DNA of 64,000 nt from Thermodesulfobacteriota bacterium (lineage in GTDB: Bacteria; Desulfobacterota; Desulfobacteria; Desulfobacterales; SURF-7), in the NCBI GenBank assembly GCA_049320885.1, contig JBMORA010000009.1, positions 384,001 to 448,000 of the forward strand, read 5' to 3'. The notes beneath the pieces were generated by a model. The model did no database searches, was not told where the DNA came from, and saw nothing but the letters and a program-made list of their open reading frames with translations. Below are positions 10,169-19,134 of this stretch, piece by piece. The position numbers and the translations under genes were made by a program. Position 1 is the first letter of the stretch. Every line of letters begins with the position of its first letter.

Positions 10169-10185
10169 TTCAATTTGCATGCCAA
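10169..10185 (-). promoter_or_regulatory. probable sigma54 promoter of the trx-to-cytochrome operon (GA variant at -12)
   Basis: Minus strand TTGGCAT-GCAAA-TTGAA about 65 nt upstream of trx, facing a divergent sigma54 activator gene. Confidence 0.55.
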
Positions 10186-10286
10186 CCCCCTCAAGAGGCA
10201 TGGAAAAGGAGAGGGCGCGGCATCGGCCGATTGTCGGCGCAGGTTTGCGGGTTTTGCACGGTGAAGGAAAAAACCCATGGAAAGCA

Positions 10287-10315
10287 TTGACAGCAGGGGT
10301 GGCGCAACTTATGAT
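10287..10315 (+). promoter_or_regulatory. sigma70 promoter of the activator gene
   Basis: TTGACA-17 nt-TATGAT. Confidence 0.7.
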
Positions 10316-10430
10316 CCGATGTAACCAGGAGGTTGCGCCACCCCCCCCCGGAGGGGTGCGGGAACAAAAAGGGGGCGGGTGCTGATTGTCAGCAGCAGCG
10401 CTCATGGAAAAAAAGGAAGGCAAAGCGAAT

Positions 10431-11855
10431 ATGCAACCCATGCCACCATATTCCGTGGATCCGGAATTCGCCACCTTGATGGTCAACGCCATCGCCGACG
10501 GCATTTTTACCCTCGACGAGCAGGGGGTGATCACCTCATGGAATCCGGCCATGGAACGGATCAGCGGTTACAGCGCCCGGGAGGCCATCGGGAAAACCTG
10601 CGACATACTCAACTTCAATCTCTGCTTCGGCAAGCGATGTCCGTCCGGTATCGGTGAATGCCGGGTATATGAAAACGGCCAGGGCGATGACAAGGAATGC
10701 TTTCTGCGCCATAAAAACGGTCATGATGTCCTGGTGGCCAAAAGCGCCCGGCGCGTTCTGGACCAAGCCGGTCATGTGCGCGGCGTGGTTGAAACCATCA
10801 CCGACCTGACGGAGCTGCAAAAAGCCCGGCGCAAGGCTGAGGACGCCGCCATGCGATTGTGCGAAATCCACCGGCTCAACAACATCATCGGCAAGAGCAA
10901 GGTCATGCTGCAAATTTTCGCATCCGTCCGATCCGCCGCGGCCAGCGAGGCGAACGTTTTGCTTCAGGGGGAGAGCGGGACCGGCAAGGAACTGGTGGCC
11001 GGCGCCATCCATTACAACAGCGAGCGCGCCAAGATGCCGTTTGTGGCCGTCAATTGCAGCGCCTTGCCCGAGACATTGCTGGAGAGCGAATTATTCGGGC
11101 ATGTCAAGGGCGCTTTTACCGGCGCCAACCGGGATCGCATCGGGCGCTTCGAGGAAGCGGACGGCGGGACCCTGTTTCTGGATGAAATCGGGGAAATCAG
11201 TCCCTTCATTCAAATCCGGCTGCTGCGGGTTCTCCAGGAACGCATCATCGAGCGAGTCGGTGAATCCAAGAAACGCAAGATCGACATCCGCATCATCACC
11301 GCCACCAACAAGGACCTTTTTTCCCAGGTGGGAAAGGGCGTTTTCCGCGAAGACCTCTACTACCGGCTGAAGGTTTTTCCCATCGATGTGCCCCCCTTGC
11401 GGATGCGGAAAGAGGACCTGCCGCTGCTCATCAGTCATTTCATCCAGCATCAGAACCATAAGACCGGGAAACGGATCAAGGGCGTCGATCCCTCGGTCAT
11501 GCGGGTGCTGATGGATTACAATTGGCCGGGAAATGTCCGCGAACTGGAGAACGCCGTGGAGCATGCCTTTGTGCTCTGCGCCGGCGACTATATCGGCATT
11601 TTCGATCTTCCGGTTGAAATCCGGCAGCTGGGATATCGTCCGGAGATTGTCCAAAATGATCACGGAGGTATCGAACACCCCCGGAAAAAACAGAACCTGA
11701 CCCGCGACAGCCTGGTGGGAGTACTTGCCGCCGGCGACTGGAACAAGGCCGAGGCCGCCAGGCACTTCGGCGTGAGCCGGGCCGCCATTTGGAAATACAT
11801 GAAGAAATGGGATATTCCCATGAGCAAAGCCCCGCAAGACAGCAGTGGTTTCTGA
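10431..11855 (+). CDS. sigma54 enhancer-binding protein, PAS-AAA+-Fis HTH, with Cys-rich PAS
   Basis: [33 protein letters not shown]-terminal HTH; start uncertain (10404 or 10431). Confidence 0.92.
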   Translation: MQPMPPYSVDPEFATLMVNAIADGIFTLDEQGVITSWNPAMERISGYSAREAIGKTCDILNFNLCFGKRCPSGIGECRVYENGQGDDKECFLRHKNGHDVLVAKSARRVLDQAGHVRGVVETITDLTELQKARRKAEDAAMRLCEIHRLNNIIGKSKVMLQIFASVRSAAASEANVLLQGESGTGKELVAGAIHYNSERAKMPFVAVNCSALPETLLESELFGHVKGAFTGANRDRIGRFEEADGGTLFLDEIGEISPFIQIRLLRVLQERIIERVGESKKRKIDIRIITATNKDLFSQVGKGVFREDLYYRLKVFPIDVPPLRMRKEDLPLLISHFIQHQNHKTGKRIKGVDPSVMRVLMDYNWPGNVRELENAVEHAFVLCAGDYIGIFDLPVEIRQLGYRPEIVQNDHGGIEHPRKKQNLTRDSLVGVLAAGDWNKAEAARHFGVSRAAIWKYMKKWDIPMSKAPQDSSGF

Positions 11856-11952
11856 TGCGACCAGCTGCCTCCTTCCGAGAACTAATCAGTGGATATTCCT
11901 TTGACGGAGTCTTCAAACAATTCATCAGGTCATTTATCAGGTTATCAATATT

Positions 11953-12054
11953 GATGAAATCGTAAAAAGTCGGATATCTCGGTCTCCGTCATGCCGGACT
12001 CGATCCGGCATCCAGTATTTACAATTGGTTATGGACTCCGGCTTTCGCCGGAGT
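11953..12054. repeat. REP-like inverted palindrome doublet, truncated on the right
   Basis: GTCATGCCGGACTCGATCCGGCATCCA (11988-12014) facing TGGACTCCGGCTTTCGCCGGAGT (12032-12054), preceded by GATGAAATCGTAAAAAGTC. Confidence 0.6.
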
Positions 12055-12165
12055 TCCGTTTGAAACCTGATATCCCATTCAAAAGAGCATTGATAAAATC
12101 GATGTTTTGGGCTATTGCTCATTAATAAAATCAATAGTCACCTGCAACCATCACAGGAGGTAACC

Positions 12166-12885
12166 ATGCCGGAAAAAATGGAAGTCGGGTGCGCCCGCCC
12201 CACCGGCGGACCCGTGGGGGAAGAGCCGAAAGAAATCGTTACCCCAGCGGAAACCATTCAGAAGGAGGCAACGCCGATGATACGTGTTGGAAAAAAAGCG
12301 CCGGATTTTATCGCGCCCGCCTATCACAAGGGGGCCTTTGTGTCGGTCAAACTGTCCGAGTATCTGGGGAAATGGGTGCTGTTATGTTTCTATCCCGGCG
12401 ATTTCACCTTCGTCTGAGCGACGGAGATTTCGGCAGTTGCCGAAAAACATGCGGAATTCCAGAAGCTGGGGGTCGAGATCCTGTCCATGAGCATCGACAG
12501 CGTTTTCGTCCATAAAATGTGGAATGACAATGAATTGTCCAAGATGGTGGCCGGCGGCGTGCCCTTCCCCATGCTGTCCGATGCCGGCGGCCGGGTGGGC
12601 AAGATTTTCGGCGTGTTCGATGAAGACGCCGGGGTCGAGACCCGCGGCCGTTTCATCATCGATCCGGACGGCGTAGTCCAGGGCTACGAAGTGCTGACAC
12701 CGCCGGTGGGCCGGAACGTGGGCGAATCCATCCGCCAGGTCCAGGCCTTCCAGCTGGTGCGGGAAAGCAAGGGCAAGGAGGCCACTCCCTCCGGCTGGAA
12801 ACCCGGCAAACTCACGCTGAAACCGGGTCCGGATCTGGTGGGGAAAGTGTGGGAGGTCTGGAAAACCACCATGGCCTTTGATTAA
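12166..12885 (+). CDS. prxU: selenocysteine-containing peroxiredoxin (AhpC/PrxU type), 239 aa, Sec84 encoded by TGA 12415-12417
   Basis: [23 protein letters not shown] aligns with the AhpC peroxidatic motif YPxDFTFVCPTE; frame stays open to 12885; hairpin follows the TGA. Confidence 0.92.
12415..12445 (+). promoter_or_regulatory. bacterial SECIS element
   Basis: TTTCGGC-AGTT-GCCGAAA hairpin (12428-12445) beginning 11 nt after the in-frame TGA, with G in the apical loop. Confidence 0.7.
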
Positions 12886-12953
12886 ACCGCTGTTGTCCGA
12901 TCATGGAACGGCCCGCGGCCTGGTTGCGGCGGCCGTTCCTGCCTGTCTTCTCC

Positions 12954-13100
12954 TAATTTGGATATAGGGTCAAATTATTTGTGATAATTTGGATCGATAT
13001 CCAAATTATCAGTTCATCCCCCAGTTGAAAGTAATGGCCAAATAAAATGTTGACATCGATCAAAACAAGGGTGTATTTTATTCATATAAAGAATAAAATA
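12954..13100 (+). promoter_or_regulatory. tandem palindromic operators and sigma70 promoter upstream of the ATPase
   Basis: TAATTTGGA-N6-(T/G)(C/T)CAAATTA twice; TTGACA (13050)-18-TATTTT; TATTTTATTC-N7-GAATAAAATA. Confidence 0.6.
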
Positions 13101-13124
13101 TATACTTTTTATGTGCTATAGCTG

Positions 13125-14510
13125 ATGAAAAGACTGGCTGAAAACAGATTGGTTGAATGGCTGCGGAGCGAAACGCGCAAACCGTTGGTGATCCGGGGCG
13201 CAAGGCAGGTCGGCAAATCGACCCTCGTCAGGCAGTTTGCAAGGGAAAACGGCCTTACCCTGCATGAAATCAACCTGGAGCGCTATCCGAAACTCCAGGA
13301 TGTCTTCTCCACCCATGATACCGGCAGGATTTTAAAAGAACTCGAATATATTTGCCGACAAGGCCCGATACATACCACGGGAAGCCTGCTGTTCCTCGAT
13401 GAGATTCAGGCGGTTCCCATCGCCATTCAAACCCTTCGATATTTTTTGGAAGATTGTCCAGATCTCCCGGTGGTTGCCGCGGGTTCTCTCCTGGAATTTT
13501 CCCTTTCGAAGCATTCTTTTTCCATGCCGGTGGGGCGGATCGAGTATCTGTTTCTCGGTCCGGTGACCTTCAAGGAAGCCCTGGCCGAAATGAATGAAAC
13601 CGATCTTCTGAGTTTAGTCAGCGAACATGTCCTGCCGGATTCGTTTCCAATCGTGGCTCATGAGCGTCTACTTGAGATATTGCGGGTTTATTTCCTGACA
13701 GGGGGAATGCCCGAGGCGGTTCAACGCTATATCGACACCCGGGACTTGAATCAGGTTTTTGACGTGCATGTCTCGATTATTGAAACGTACCGCGATGATT
13801 TTTCAAAATACGCAACCCGGGCGGATCTTCTTCGCCTTCACCGGGTTTTCGATCACATTCCCATCGCCGTCGGCAACCGGATCAAATACGCCAACATCGA
13901 TCCCCATGAGCAGGCGAGGGATCTCCGGCGCGCCCTGGATTTACTGGCCAAAGCCCAGGTGATTCTAAAGGCGTTCCATACGGACGCTTCGGGCCTGCCG
14001 TTGCAGGCCACAGTGGATCCGCTGAAATTCAAAACCTATTTTATGGATTGCGGTTTGATGAACAGCATGTGCGGCATCCAGTGGATTTCTCCTGGCGAAC
14101 TGAAATCCAGGGACTTCATTAACAAGGGCCGGGTCGCGGAGCAGTTCTTCGCCCAACATCTGGCCTATTCCGGAAAAACCAACAAACGTCCGGCATTGAC
14201 CTATTGGGCCCGGGAAGGGCGGGCTTCCAATGCCGAAGTGGATTTTGTCGTGCAATTCGGGCAGACGATCGTCCCCGTTGAAGTAAAGGCCGGCAAAAGC
14301 GGCTCCCTGAAGTCACTGCTTCAATTCGCTTCTGAAAAGAAGACATCGACCGCCATGCGGTTTGATCTGAACCCGCCGAGCCTCCAGCAGGTGGGCCATG
14401 CCATTCGGCAGGCGTCGGCCACCATGGATGTGGAATTCCACCTGATATCCCTCCCCCTTTACATGGCCGAGGAAGCGGAGCGGCTCTTCATGAAAGCGGG
14501 GGAGTCATGA
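13125..14510 (+). CDS. AAA+ ATPase (AAA_14) with DUF4143 and C-terminal PD-(D/E)xK-like motif
   Basis: GARQVGKS, FLDEIQ, TGGMPE, EVDFVV...PVEVK. Confidence 0.88.
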   Translation: MKRLAENRLVEWLRSETRKPLVIRGARQVGKSTLVRQFARENGLTLHEINLERYPKLQDVFSTHDTGRILKELEYICRQGPIHTTGSLLFLDEIQAVPIAIQTLRYFLEDCPDLPVVAAGSLLEFSLSKHSFSMPVGRIEYLFLGPVTFKEALAEMNETDLLSLVSEHVLPDSFPIVAHERLLEILRVYFLTGGMPEAVQRYIDTRDLNQVFDVHVSIIETYRDDFSKYATRADLLRLHRVFDHIPIAVGNRIKYANIDPHEQARDLRRALDLLAKAQVILKAFHTDASGLPLQATVDPLKFKTYFMDCGLMNSMCGIQWISPGELKSRDFINKGRVAEQFFAQHLAYSGKTNKRPALTYWAREGRASNAEVDFVVQFGQTIVPVEVKAGKSGSLKSLLQFASEKKTSTAMRFDLNPPSLQQVGHAIRQASATMDVEFHLISLPLYMAEEAERLFMKAGES

Positions 14511-14615
14511 CAAATATCGCGATAATCCATCTTGACGGTTCTCTATTCACGGGTTACACGGATTTTAACCCCCCTTCCATCTGCGTCACCGATGGATTTG
14601 GTCCTTAGCCATCGG

Positions 14616-15053
14616 CTATGCCCCATCAAACCTTTCCACTAAAGCATCCAAAGTGATGTTAATCTCGATTTCATTATGAGGGATAAGGATATATCGCCAT
14701 TCCTTGCCGCCATAGCTTTGGGCATGTTCCATAGCATTGATACACCATTTCACGGCGGCTTCTTTTTTGGCGAGGTGAATCAGGGCGATGAAATGGGTCC
14801 AGCTCAATTATCGTATCAGCGATACGACAATTTCTTGGTCTGAAAAAACGTCAGCGAACTGGATCGTCCGGCGCATGTTTTTCTCGGAAAATCCGTTCCC
14901 ATAATCCTGATGCAATTGCGCACTCAGTTCAGGCACAATCTGGTCGCCGTATCCGGCCCTGCTCCCCTTGAGAATCTCCTCATTAATGCGCTTGTCGATT
15001 CGCCAATAGAGCATGGTTAAGGCGGCATTCACCGTTGTGGCGACCGCCGAACG
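14616..15053 (-). pseudogene. chimeric relic: YhcG/DUF1016 N-terminus with in-frame TAA, fused to the C-terminal tip of a probable type III restriction Res subunit
   Basis: VATTVNAALTMLYW...GFSEKNMRR...SLIR*LSWTHFIALI continues in frame into AKKEAAVKWC...GGKEWRYILIPH; no intact start. Confidence 0.7.
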
Positions 15054-15158
15054 ATTTGTACCAGCTTAAATTGATTGCTGATAATCAACAATTCAGCGAG
15101 ATAATATGACAAGAATGAAGATAAGTGCAAGGAAAAATGACCTTTTGACCTTGCGTTC

Positions 15159-15557
15159 TTAGGGCGTTTCGGGAACGACGCTGGCGCCGCGTTCCTCCAG
15201 CAGCGCCCGCAGCACGGACCGGTGGCAGCGCTTTTCATCCTCGCAGTAACATCCCAGGGAAAATTCGGTCTGGTGGGACAGGGCCGCCAGCAGATCCAGC
15301 ACCCGGTCGGCGCCGGACGCCTTGAGTTCCGCCATGAATTGTTTCCGGAAAGCGTTCCAGGCCTTGTCGTCGGTCGCGGTCCGGCCGGCCTGCATCAACT
15401 CCGGGCTGGGCGAGAGCAGCGGCAGCCAGACATCATAGTAATCCCTTTGCGCGAATTCCGATTTGGGCACGCCCCGGGGCGGTCTGCGGACCGTGCCCAG
15501 GCGCAGGCCTTCATCGGCCAACCGTTTGGTTCCCAATCTGACGATTCGAATCGGCAT
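15159..15557 (-). CDS. DUF488-family (YeaO-like) protein
   Basis: RRPPRGV, WLPLLSPS, GCYCEDEKRCHRSVL; ATG 15557 with GGAGG RBS. Confidence 0.8.
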   Translation of the reverse strand: MPIRIVRLGTKRLADEGLRLGTVRRPPRGVPKSEFAQRDYYDVWLPLLSPSPELMQAGRTATDDKAWNAFRKQFMAELKASGADRVLDLLAALSHQTEFSLGCYCEDEKRCHRSVLRALLEERGASVVPETP

Positions 15558-15807
15558 GATTTTTTCCTCCATTCGGGGATTTCTGGCTTCATTGACTTCT
15601 GCAGGGGAAGCATAGCCTGTGAATATATCCTTGTAAACTATTTCATTCTGCCTTCTGAATTCTGTAATCAAATGGGATTGACCTGATACGGGCGAAGTGA
15701 TATCGTCAAATTTTATTTGTAGTGATTACAGATTCTTTGCTCAAGATCCGGAAGGACAGTCTTTCCGGTTCGGAAATATGCTACCATTAACAGAAGGGAG
15801 TCACAGC

Positions 15808-16521
15808 ATGTCAAACGTGGATTTCAAGTTGGACGAATCGGTCGCCGTGCTGACCATGAACAGCGGGGAAAACCGGTTCAATCCGGATTTTTTGAATGCC
15901 CTGCGCCGTGTTTTGGACACCATCGAAACGGAAACCGAGGCAAGGACCCTGATCGTCACCTCCGGCCATGAGAAGATTTTTTCCAACGGCCTGGATCTGG
16001 ACTGGCTCGTGCCGGTGATCCAGAAACAGGATTCCGCAACCGCCAAGTCCTTTTTCTATCTATTGATGGATACGTTCAAGCGGGTGGCCACCTATCCGCT
16101 CCTCACCATCGCCGCCTTATCCGGCCATGCCTTTGCCGGGGGCGCCATTTTCAGTTGCGCCTTTGATTACCGGTTCATGCGCGCGGACCGTGGTTTCTTC
16201 TGTTTTCCGGAGGTGGATCTGGGCATCCCGTTCCTGCCCGGAATGATGGCGCTGCTGAAAAAGGCGATCCCCTATACGGTCCTGGAAGACATGGTGTTTT
16301 CCGGCCGTCGGTTGACCGCCGAGGAATGCCGGACCAATCGTATTGTCCGGACCGCCTGCCCAATGCCCGAGCTGCTGCCCGAGGCCCTGGCATTTGCCAA
16401 AAGCCTGAACAAGAAGCGCAGTACGGTAGCGGAAATGAAGAAACGCATGAACAAACCCATTGTGGACGCCATTGAAAAGGAAGACCCGGTCTATATCGAA
16501 TCCGGTGTCTTTCATGTATAG
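15808..16521 (+). CDS. enoyl-CoA hydratase/isomerase (delta3-delta2 isomerase-like)
   Basis: ENRFN, FSNGLDL, GHAFAGG, PEVDLGIP; ATG 15808 with GGAG RBS. Confidence 0.88.
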   Translation: MSNVDFKLDESVAVLTMNSGENRFNPDFLNALRRVLDTIETETEARTLIVTSGHEKIFSNGLDLDWLVPVIQKQDSATAKSFFYLLMDTFKRVATYPLLTIAALSGHAFAGGAIFSCAFDYRFMRADRGFFCFPEVDLGIPFLPGMMALLKKAIPYTVLEDMVFSGRRLTAEECRTNRIVRTACPMPELLPEALAFAKSLNKKRSTVAEMKKRMNKPIVDAIEKEDPVYIESGVFHV

Positions 16522-16543
16522 GATCAATGGGTGAGGCTGGACC

Positions 16544-18082
16544 ATGGCGAATTCCGTCCGGAAGGATAAACCCGTGCTGGTCACCGGCGCCACCGGCTAT
16601 GTCGGCGGCCGGCTGGTGCCGCTGCTGCTGGAGTCCGGCTACCGCGTGCGGGCCATGGGCCGTTCCCTGGCCAAATTGAAGGGCCGGCCCTGGGCGTCGC
16701 ATCCGAATCTCACCCTGGCCCAGGGGGATGTGTCGGACCCGGTATCCCTGGGCCGGGCCGTGGACGGCTGTTGGGCCGCTTTCTACCTGGTCCATGCCAT
16801 GCTGGATCATGCCGATGATTTCGCGGAGCGGGACCGGCAGGCAGCCCGCAATATGGTAGCGGCGGCCGAAGCCGCCGGTCTGGAACGGATCATCTATCTC
16901 GGGGGCCTGGGAGATATGAGCCGGCCGGGTCTCAGCGAGCATCTGCGGTCCCGGCAGGAGGTCGCCCATATTCTCCAGTCCGGCAGGGTTCCCGCCACCT
17001 TCCTGAGGGCGGCGGTGATTCTGGGTTCCGGCAGCGTCTCCTTCGAGATCATCCGCTACCTGGTGGAAAGACTGCCGGTGATGATCACTCCCCGGTGGGT
17101 AAACACCCTGAACCAGCCCATCGCCATCCGCAATGTGCTCCATTATCTGCGGGGCTGTCTGGAAACCGATGCGGTGCTGGGGGAAACCTTCGACATCGGG
17201 GGGCCGGATATCCTGACCTACCGCAACCTGTTCGATATGTACGCCGAGGAGGCCGGCCTGGCGAAACGCCGGATCATTCCCATCCCTTTCCTGACCATCG
17301 GGCTTAGCGCCCGCTGGATTCACCTGATCACGCCGATCCCTTCGGCCATCGCCATGTCCCTGGCGGAGGGCCTGCGAAACGAGGTGGTCTGCGGCGACAA
17401 CCGCATCCGGGATCTCATTCCCCAGGAATTGATCGGCTGCCGGGAAACTCTGCGTCTGGCCATCGGGCGCATCCGGGAAGACCGCGTGGATACCTGCTGG
17501 TCCGATGCCGCCTGTCTGCTGCCGCCGGAGTGGGTCTACTGCGGGGACGCGGACTACAGCGGCGGGACCATCCTGCAATGCGCCTATCGCGTGGTCATGG
17601 AGGCTTCCCCCGGGGAAATCTGGCCGCTGGTGGCGCGCATCGGCGGGAAAACCGGCTGGTATTTCGGTTCGACCCTGTGGCGGCTGCGCGGGTTGCTGGA
17701 CCAATGGATCGGCGGCGTGGGCCTGCGGCGGGGCAGACGGCACGCCACCGACATCCGGCCCGGCGACGCTCTGGATTTCTGGCGCGTGCTGGAAGTCAAT
17801 CCGCCCCATCGTCTGCTTCTCCTGGCGGAGATGAAAACCCCCGGCGATGCGCTGCTGGATATCCGCATTGAAGAAGCCCCGTCCGGCGGCGCGGAGGTGC
17901 AACTGGCCGCCCGCTTTCTGCCCCGGGGACTGCCTGGAATTCTGTACTGGTATTGCCTGTACCCGCTGCATGGCTGGATTTTTGGCGGGATGTTGTCGGC
18001 CATCGCCCGGGAGGCACGCCGGCCTCTTCGGGAAGGCCCCCGGAAATTCCGTTCCGTCTACCAGCCGGCTTGTGAAAAATAG
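16544..18082 (+). CDS. atypical SDR oxidoreductase with DUF2867 (YbjT-like)
   Basis: TGATGYVG, SEHLRSR, IGGKTGWY, GDALDFWRV, AEMKTPG. Confidence 0.88.
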   Translation: MANSVRKDKPVLVTGATGYVGGRLVPLLLESGYRVRAMGRSLAKLKGRPWASHPNLTLAQGDVSDPVSLGRAVDGCWAAFYLVHAMLDHADDFAERDRQAARNMVAAAEAAGLERIIYLGGLGDMSRPGLSEHLRSRQEVAHILQSGRVPATFLRAAVILGSGSVSFEIIRYLVERLPVMITPRWVNTLNQPIAIRNVLHYLRGCLETDAVLGETFDIGGPDILTYRNLFDMYAEEAGLAKRRIIPIPFLTIGLSARWIHLITPIPSAIAMSLAEGLRNEVVCGDNRIRDLIPQELIGCRETLRLAIGRIREDRVDTCWSDAACLLPPEWVYCGDADYSGGTILQCAYRVVMEASPGEIWPLVARIGGKTGWYFGSTLWRLRGLLDQWIGGVGLRRGRRHATDIRPGDALDFWRVLEVNPPHRLLLLAEMKTPGDALLDIRIEEAPSGGAEVQLAARFLPRGLPGILYWYCLYPLHGWIFGGMLSAIAREARRPLREGPRKFRSVYQPACEK

Positions 18083-18139
18083 GGAAAGCCGAAATCCGGA
18101 AAGGAAGGCCGGAAACGAAAAAAGCCGGGAGAAGGATCG

Positions 18140-18505
18140 ATGACCAGAACGCGCAGACAGATCGAGTCGGAAATCAGCGAGGCCGTGACCCGGTTTGAAA
18201 AGGAATACATGGGCCGGGGGCCGCTGGAGACCAAGACTTATCTCATCGAGGATATGGTGCTGGTGCGCTTGAAAGGGGTACTGACCCAGGCCGAGCACCA
18301 GTTGGCGGAAACCGCTGAAACCAGCGGCGGCCGGGAACTGATCAAACGGGTCCGGGTGGCCTTGATTGAAAAAGGTCGGCCCCTGCTCCAGGCCGAGGTG
18401 GAATCCCTGGTGGGTGTCGGGGTCAAGAGTCTCCACACCGACATCAGCACCGTGACCGGGGAACGTGTCATTCTGTTCACTCTGACGGCTACGCCTGATT
18501 TTTAA
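18140..18505 (+). CDS. DUF2294 / MpsC-family protein
   Basis: FEKEYMGRGP, GVLTQAE, HTDISTVTGE. Confidence 0.82.
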   Translation: MTRTRRQIESEISEAVTRFEKEYMGRGPLETKTYLIEDMVLVRLKGVLTQAEHQLAETAETSGGRELIKRVRVALIEKGRPLLQAEVESLVGVGVKSLHTDISTVTGERVILFTLTATPDF

Positions 18506-18524
18506 TGGCTTCGTATCGCCGGAA

Positions 18525-19064
18525 TCAAGCGCTCCCGGCCAGCGCCTGGCGGATTGCCCTGGCGATTTTGTCGCGGATGACCGGCTTCAAGACGAATCCT
18601 TGGCTGCCGGGCGTTCTGGCTCTGCCCTCATCTCCCTGACTGTCCGTGATCACCACGGCCTCACCGGTCTGCTCCATGGCCAGTTCCAGGCGGCGCAGTT
18701 CGGCGACTCGTCTTTCAAGGGACTGCTGGGTCCGTTTCAGTTCGGACATGTCCCGCGCGATGGCGGTCACAGCAGAGACATTCCCGGCCTCATCACGTTC
18801 GGGTGAAAACAGTCAGTCGATCCAGCGCTGATCCGGCAGCTGAATCTCTTGGCGGTATTCCAGGCCGCCGGCAACGACCTGCTCGATGGCGGTAGAGCAC
18901 AAATTGCACAGCAGTGGGAAAACCCCCAATTCCTGCATCGTTTTCCCGGGAATGATCCGCCTGTCGGCCTCCAACAGCGTGTTGGCACCGGGATTGACGA
19001 ACAGCAGGCGCCCGCTGATGATGTTGCCGCAGATGCATTCCAGCATTGGATTTCCCTGGGCCAT
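18525..19064 (-). pseudogene. decayed hybrid sensor kinase relic (PAS with in-frame TGA, deleted core, receiver C-terminus)
   Basis: FVNP...RWID*LFSPERDEAGNVSAVTAIARD...EAVVITDSQG joined directly to GFVLKPV...IARAIRQAL. Confidence 0.7.
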
Positions 19065-19134
19065 TAGATGTTGTATATTGACATTTTATGCGTATCATGG
19101 GAAAAAAACAATTTGGAAATCGGTCAGCCGGATA

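Noticed and set aside
12115..12885. Two separate ORFs or a nonsense pseudogene for the peroxiredoxin
   Set aside because: The TGA is at the catalytic Cys position with a SECIS-like hairpin, so one selenoprotein explains both ORFs
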